From positions 16,720 through 80,719 of the forward strand of contig JBNJGB010000023.1 in assembly GCA_051747385.1 (NCBI GenBank): DNA of 64,000 nucleotides. Direction: 5' to 3'. The translations under genes and the position numbers were made by a program. The stretch comes from Myxococcota bacterium. GTDB taxonomy: Bacteria > Myxococcota_A > UBA9042 > PHBI01 > JACKFB01. The notes under the pieces were generated by a model. The model was given only the letters and a program-made list of their open reading frames with translations. It was not told where the DNA came from and ran no database searches. Position 1 is the stretch's first letter. Every line of letters starts with the position of its first letter. This document shows positions 59,976 through 64,000 of this stretch, in pieces.

Positions 59976-62080
59976 GGCGTCTCCGGCGGGTTCGGGAGCT
60001 CGTCCACGGGAAGCTCGGGGGCCAGGCCCTCCTCCTCGAGGACCTCGCGGCGCGCCTCGCGGGCCTGGCGGAACGCCGCGTCGAACTGCTGCTCCAGGGC
60101 GTCCCGGGCGTCCTCGTCCGCGACCCGGGCCAGGACGCGATCGCGCAGGGCCTCGGCCTCCTCCGTGCGCTCCCGGCCCACCAGGACCATGGCCAGCAGC
60201 ACCGGCGCCATGCCGTCCTCCGGCTCCTCCTCCATGGCCTCGCGAAGGAGCGCCTCGCCCTCCTCCAGGAGGCCCTGCTCCAGGAGCACGGCCGCCAGGT
60301 TCGAGCGCTTCTCCACGGCCTCGATGGCCCGGGCGCGGGCCTCGGGCGCGTCCTCGCCCCGCTGCAGCGCCAGGACGTAGCGCAGGACGGCCGCGTCCGG
60401 GTGGTCACGGTCGTCCTCCAGCACGCGGTCGATCTGGGCCGCGGCCTCCTCGGTGTGGCCGGCGTCGGCCTCGAGCTGGGCCAGGAGGAGGCGCGTGCGG
60501 TGATCGTCCGGCGCCAGGTCCAGGTGCTGCTCCAGCAGGTGCCGGGCGTCGTCCACGTCTCCCTGCGCCTTGCGGATCTGGGCGAGCTGGGGACGGAGAT
60601 CGGCGTCCGCCGGGTCCTCCTCGAGGGCGTGGGCGAGGGCCTCGCCCGCCTCTCCGAGCCGCCCCACCTGGGCGAGCATGGCCCCGAGCGCCTTGTAGAT
60701 GCCGGGGCCCTCCACGCCGCGATCGGCCGCCTCGCGGAGCGCCTCCAGGGCCTCGCGCTCCCGCCCGGCCTGGCGCAGGAACTGGGCCAGCACCAGCCAG
60801 CCCTGGGGATCGTCCGGGTGGAGCCGCGTCTCCTCCCTCAGCCTCTCCTCCGCCGCGTCCAGGTCGCCGGCCAGGGCCTGGAGCTGGGCTTCGATGGTCC
60901 GGACTCCACGCGCGTCCGGATCGATGGCCTTCGCCGCGGCGACGTGCTCGCGCACCTGGTCGAGCAGCGCCTCCCGGCCCGTCTTCGGCGTGAGCTCCAG
61001 GCGCTCCAGGGTGAGCTGGGCCAGGAGCACGTGGGGATCGGCCAGCGTGGGATCTCCCTCGGCGGCGCGGAGGAGGTACTGTCGGGCCTTCGCCGGCTGC
61101 TGAACGGCCATCGCGGCCAGCCCCAGCACGTACCAGGTCCGGGCGTCGGCCCGGCGCTTCGCGGCGCCCTCCATGGCGGACAGGCCCATCTCGGGGACCC
61201 CGGTCGAGAGCTGGACCTGTCCCGCGACGAAGGCCAGGGCCGCGTCGCCGGGCCAGAGGGCGCGCGCCTGCTCCGCGGCCCGGGCGGCCAGGTCGTCCTC
61301 TCCGGCGTGGACGGCGCCCAGGGCCTTCCAGGCCAGGACGTGGGCGAGGCGCTGCTCCCCCTCGAGCGGGGTGACGCCGTCCGGGTCCACGGGGCCGCCG
61401 TCGGGCGCGAGCCAGGAGCCCTCGCTCACCCGCAGCAGATAGCGCCGGTTCAGCAGGTCCGTCGCCGCGCCCTTCCCGGTGTCGTCCATGCCCCAGCGGA
61501 CGTCCTCGAAGCCCGCCGCCTCCAGCAGGGACTCGGCGAGGATCGCCAGCTCCAGGCTCCCGGCCGGGCCGACCTCCTTGCCCTGGAGGGCCGGCGCCAG
61601 CTCCGACGCGGACCGCGGGGCCTCGGCGAACTCGTCGTCCGCCGGGCGGTGGCGGATGCGGCCCGCCTCCCAGGCTTCCGCGACGGCGCCCACCAGCCGG
61701 GCCGGCTCCTGCTCGCGCTCCTCGGCGGCCAGCCGGACGGCGCCGGTGATCTTCTCCGGCTCCAGGCGGAGGCGCTTCGGCACGTCCTCGAGGTCGGCGC
61801 CCTCTTCGGTCAGGGTCGAGGTGTCCGCCAGGTCCGGCGCCTCCTCGGAGGAGGCCGTCAGATACCAGAACGCCGCTGCGGCCCCGAGGATCAGCGCCAG
61901 GACCAGGAGGGCGAGCCATCGGCGGCGGCTGTCCATGCTCCCGGAGGACTCCGGGGCGTCGACGACCACGAGTCCGGAGGCGCGCAGGCAGCGGGGACAG
62001 CGTCGCGAGTCGTCGGCGTGGAGCACGAACGCCGCGCCGCAGCTCGAGCAGGTGTACTCCGTGGCGTCGGCATCGCTCAC
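59972..62080 (-). CDS. membrane-anchored TPR repeat protein with N-terminal zinc ribbon
   Basis: YTCSSCGAAFVLHADDSRRCPRCL, TM WLALLVLALILGAAAAFWYL, then more than 10 TPR-like units over ~550 aa. Confidence 0.75.
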   Translation of the reverse strand: MSDADATEYTCSSCGAAFVLHADDSRRCPRCLRASGLVVVDAPESSGSMDSRRRWLALLVLALILGAAAAFWYLTASSEEAPDLADTSTLTEEGADLEDVPKRLRLEPEKITGAVRLAAEEREQEPARLVGAVAEAWEAGRIRHRPADDEFAEAPRSASELAPALQGKEVGPAGSLELAILAESLLEAAGFEDVRWGMDDTGKGAATDLLNRRYLLRVSEGSWLAPDGGPVDPDGVTPLEGEQRLAHVLAWKALGAVHAGEDDLAARAAEQARALWPGDAALAFVAGQVQLSTGVPEMGLSAMEGAAKRRADARTWYVLGLAAMAVQQPAKARQYLLRAAEGDPTLADPHVLLAQLTLERLELTPKTGREALLDQVREHVAAAKAIDPDARGVRTIEAQLQALAGDLDAAEERLREETRLHPDDPQGWLVLAQFLRQAGREREALEALREAADRGVEGPGIYKALGAMLAQVGRLGEAGEALAHALEEDPADADLRPQLAQIRKAQGDVDDARHLLEQHLDLAPDDHRTRLLLAQLEADAGHTEEAAAQIDRVLEDDRDHPDAAVLRYVLALQRGEDAPEARARAIEAVEKRSNLAAVLLEQGLLEEGEALLREAMEEEPEDGMAPVLLAMVLVGRERTEEAEALRDRVLARVADEDARDALEQQFDAAFRQAREARREVLEEEGLAPELPVDELPNPPETP

Positions 62081-62820
62081 CGGCGGGCCTCCTTCAGCTC
62101 TTGGGGACGGTTCGTGATGATGGCGGCCACGCCCAGGGACTCCAAGGCCGCCGCACGCGCCGGGTCGTCGACGGTCCAGGCCCGCAACGCCGCGCCCTCC
62201 TGGCCGTATTCCTCCCGCAGGAGGGTGAGGTGCGCCGCGTCCAGCAGGCGGTGGTCGGCGTGCAGGTCGATCGAGCCCGGCGGGCCCAGGTGCTCCAGGA
62301 AGCCCAGGGCGGTCGGGTCATCGTAGATCAGCGCAAGGCGCCAGGGGGCCCCGTCGTCGAGGGCCGCTCGCAGGACGCGGGCGTCGAAGCTGGAGACCAC
62401 GAGGCGCACGGCGGGATCGGCCGCGAGCGGGTCGAGGAGCGGCCGACAGGCCTGCACGGGGCGCCGTCCGTCGCCGGTGGGCTTCAGCTCCACGTTCAGG
62501 AGGCCGCCGGGGCGCGCGGCGAGCAGCGGCCGCGTGGCCTCCAGCGCCTGCTCGAGGGTGGGGACGGGCTCGTCGTCCACGCGGAGGTCTCGCACGTCGG
62601 TCAGCGTGCGCGCCTCGATCGAGCCGGGGACCCCCGTGAGGCGCGTGGTGTCCCGGTCGTGGAAGACGATCGGCACGCCGTCGGCCCCGAGGCGGACGTC
62701 GCACTCCACGCCGTCCGCCGGAGGGTCGTCGCGGAGGGCGGCCACCAGGGCCCGGACGGTGTTCTCCGGGTGACGCGCGCTGGCGCCCCGGTGGGCGAGG
62801 ATGGCGGGGGGGGCGGCCAT
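62077..62820 (-). CDS. glycerophosphodiester phosphodiesterase family protein
   Basis: ILAHRGASARHPENTVRALVAAL...GVECDVRLGADGVPIVFHDRD is the GDPD signature. 247 aa. The stop overlaps the next gene's start by 4 nt. Confidence 0.88.
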   Translation of the reverse strand: MAAPPAILAHRGASARHPENTVRALVAALRDDPPADGVECDVRLGADGVPIVFHDRDTTRLTGVPGSIEARTLTDVRDLRVDDEPVPTLEQALEATRPLLAARPGGLLNVELKPTGDGRRPVQACRPLLDPLAADPAVRLVVSSFDARVLRAALDDGAPWRLALIYDDPTALGFLEHLGPPGSIDLHADHRLLDAAHLTLLREEYGQEGAALRAWTVDDPARAAALESLGVAAIITNRPQELKEARR

Positions 62821-62824
62821 CGGG

Positions 62825-64000
62825 TCAGGCCGGGTGGATGGGGGCCTGCGGGGTGGTGAGGGTCAGCAGGTCCGTCTGGTGCAGGACGAAGACGACCTGC
62901 AGCAGCGTGAGGCACTCGTCCTCGGTCCGGCCGAACCGCGCGACGGCCTCCCGGAGGGACATGCCGTCCTCCAGGTAGGTGTAGAAGCGGAGCTCGCGCG
63001 AGTTGAAGCGCAGGTTGTTGTGGGTGATGTGGGGGTTCGCCTCGAGCCGGATGGTCTGGTCCAGGAAGTCTTCGAAGGTCTCCCGCATCGTGGGGAGGTC
63101 GTACTGGGTGCGCACGCCCACCGTCAGGAGCTGCACGGTGTCGTGGCCCATCCAGACCATGTCGTCCGGGGGCTGGTGGCCCTCGAAGAACTGGTACCAG
63201 CCGCGTCGCCAGCGGAAGATCTCGAGAAACTTCTGGCGGAACTGGAGCTCCAGCACCCGGAAGAGGTCGTGGGGCTCGAGGATGCCCAGACGCACCAGGG
63301 AGTCGCCGAGGCGTCCGCCGTGGCTCTTCGTCGAGGCGACGGCGCGGTCGAGGTCCTCCTCCTGGATGAGCGATCGCTCGAGCATGAAGGCGCCCAGGAG
63401 CTCCTCCTTGATGTTGGAGGTGATGTGCACGGGCACGCCGTTCTGGAAGTAGATCTCCTTGAGGAGGCTGCCGCGGGTCAGCTTGAGCCGGCCGGCGAGC
63501 CGCGAGATGGACAGCTTGTAGAGCAGACGGGGCGTCAGCAGGTTGCTGATGGGCCCCTCGTACAGCGCGGCCTCCTCCTCCTCCTCGAACAGCGTCGGCT
63601 CGAGCTCTCGCAGCGCGGGAAGCTCCCGGACCGGGATCCAGTCCCGGCCGTCCACGCTCACCTCCTCCCGCGCGCTGATGGAGCGGTTCGTCAGGAGGTT
63701 CATGAGGTTCGTGAACGTCACGGGGCCGAACGTGGCCCCGTCCCGGTGCCGGAGACGGAACAGGGCCTTCGTGAGATCCTGGCGCTCCGCGGGCGTGTGT
63801 CGCTCGGCATACTCCAGGGCGGCGTGCGTCGCGTCCGTCGACGAGGAGCGCTCGATCTGCACGGGGATCTCGCGCTCGCCGGACTCCTCCGTCGGGGCGG
63901 CGGCCTCCGCCTCCTCGGGTCCTCCGGCCTCGGCCTCGGCCGCAGTCTCCTTCGCGTCGCGGGGCTCCGCGGCCTCCTCGGAGGGGGCTTCGTCGGCCTG
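62825..64000 (-). CDS. GYF_2 / DUF4388-domain protein, probably 5'-partial (reading frame stays open to the window edge)
   Basis: FRLRHRDGATFGPVTFTNLMNLLTNRSISAREEVSVDGRDWIPVRELPAL is GYF_2-like. LAGRLKLTRGSLLKEIYFQNGVPVHITSNIKEELLGAFMLERSLIQEEDLDRAV...LGDSLVRLGILEPHDLFRVLELQ fits the DUF4388 pattern. The track start GTG 63862 is only the first start codon in the window. Upstream codons encode an acidic A/E-rich segment with no stop. Confidence 0.7.
   Translation of the reverse strand, partial: QADEAPSEEAAEPRDAKETAAEAEAGGPEEAEAAAPTEESGEREIPVQIERSSSTDATHAALEYAERHTPAERQDLTKALFRLRHRDGATFGPVTFTNLMNLLTNRSISAREEVSVDGRDWIPVRELPALRELEPTLFEEEEEAALYEGPISNLLTPRLLYKLSISRLAGRLKLTRGSLLKEIYFQNGVPVHITSNIKEELLGAFMLERSLIQEEDLDRAVASTKSHGGRLGDSLVRLGILEPHDLFRVLELQFRQKFLEIFRWRRGWYQFFEGHQPPDDMVWMGHDTVQLLTVGVRTQYDLPTMRETFEDFLDQTIRLEANPHITHNNLRFNSRELRFYTYLEDGMSLREAVARFGRTEDECLTLLQVVFVLHQTDLLTLTTPQAPIHPA

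Overview
Very GC-rich bacterial chromosome segment (third codon positions are almost all G/C; I did not compute the exact percentage). I read it as the replication-origin neighbourhood of a Myxococcota-like organism. Support for that: a MYXO-CTERM-type sorting tail at 44129-44851, many lipoproteins with acidic D/P/T/V linkers, and GYF_2, DUF4388 and MJ0042-type zinc-ribbon proteins.

Gene content, left to right:
- Minus strand: a partial histidine kinase, a GT-C glycosyltransferase and a PQQ sugar dehydrogenase fused to a di-haem domain (these overlap and look like one operon), then a parvulin PPIase lipoprotein, proB, murA, recF and dnaN.
- A cluster of DnaA-box-like 9-mers (oriC candidate), a decayed IS transposase remnant on the plus strand, then dnaA.
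- Plus strand, divergent from dnaA: rpmH-rnpA-yidD-yidC-jag.
- Minus strand: an ftsE-ftsX-envC-like-yibQ-like operon.
- Plus strand: a putative outer-membrane barrel, a P-type cation ATPase, and an EIIA(Ntr)-domain protein translationally coupled to two CPA-type transporters.
- Plus strand, 32031-44139: a five-gene cluster with no pathway I can assign. It encodes four acidic-linker lipoproteins (one IgGFc_binding-like, one giant 6x IPT/TIG plus beta-propeller, two beta-propeller paralogues) and a second GT-C glycosyltransferase. This is my best candidate for an undescribed system.
- After that: a MYXO-CTERM Cys-rich protein, a rhodanese-MoeB fusion, a GGDEF remnant, an aminotransferase-like protein lacking its PLP residues, mnmE, a TPR protein, a Zn-ribbon / GYF-TPR / hydrolase operon divergent from an orphan GspE-type ATPase, arginine deiminase, slt, rsmG, a TPR protein, a GDPD and a partial GYF/DUF4388 protein.

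Several short dispersed repeat families and microsatellites sit in the intergenic regions.

Many long ORFs in the supplied track are alternate-frame or antisense artefacts of the GC bias. Several real genes also start well inside the listed ORF. All coordinates were hand-indexed, so expect errors of a few nt for non-CDS features.
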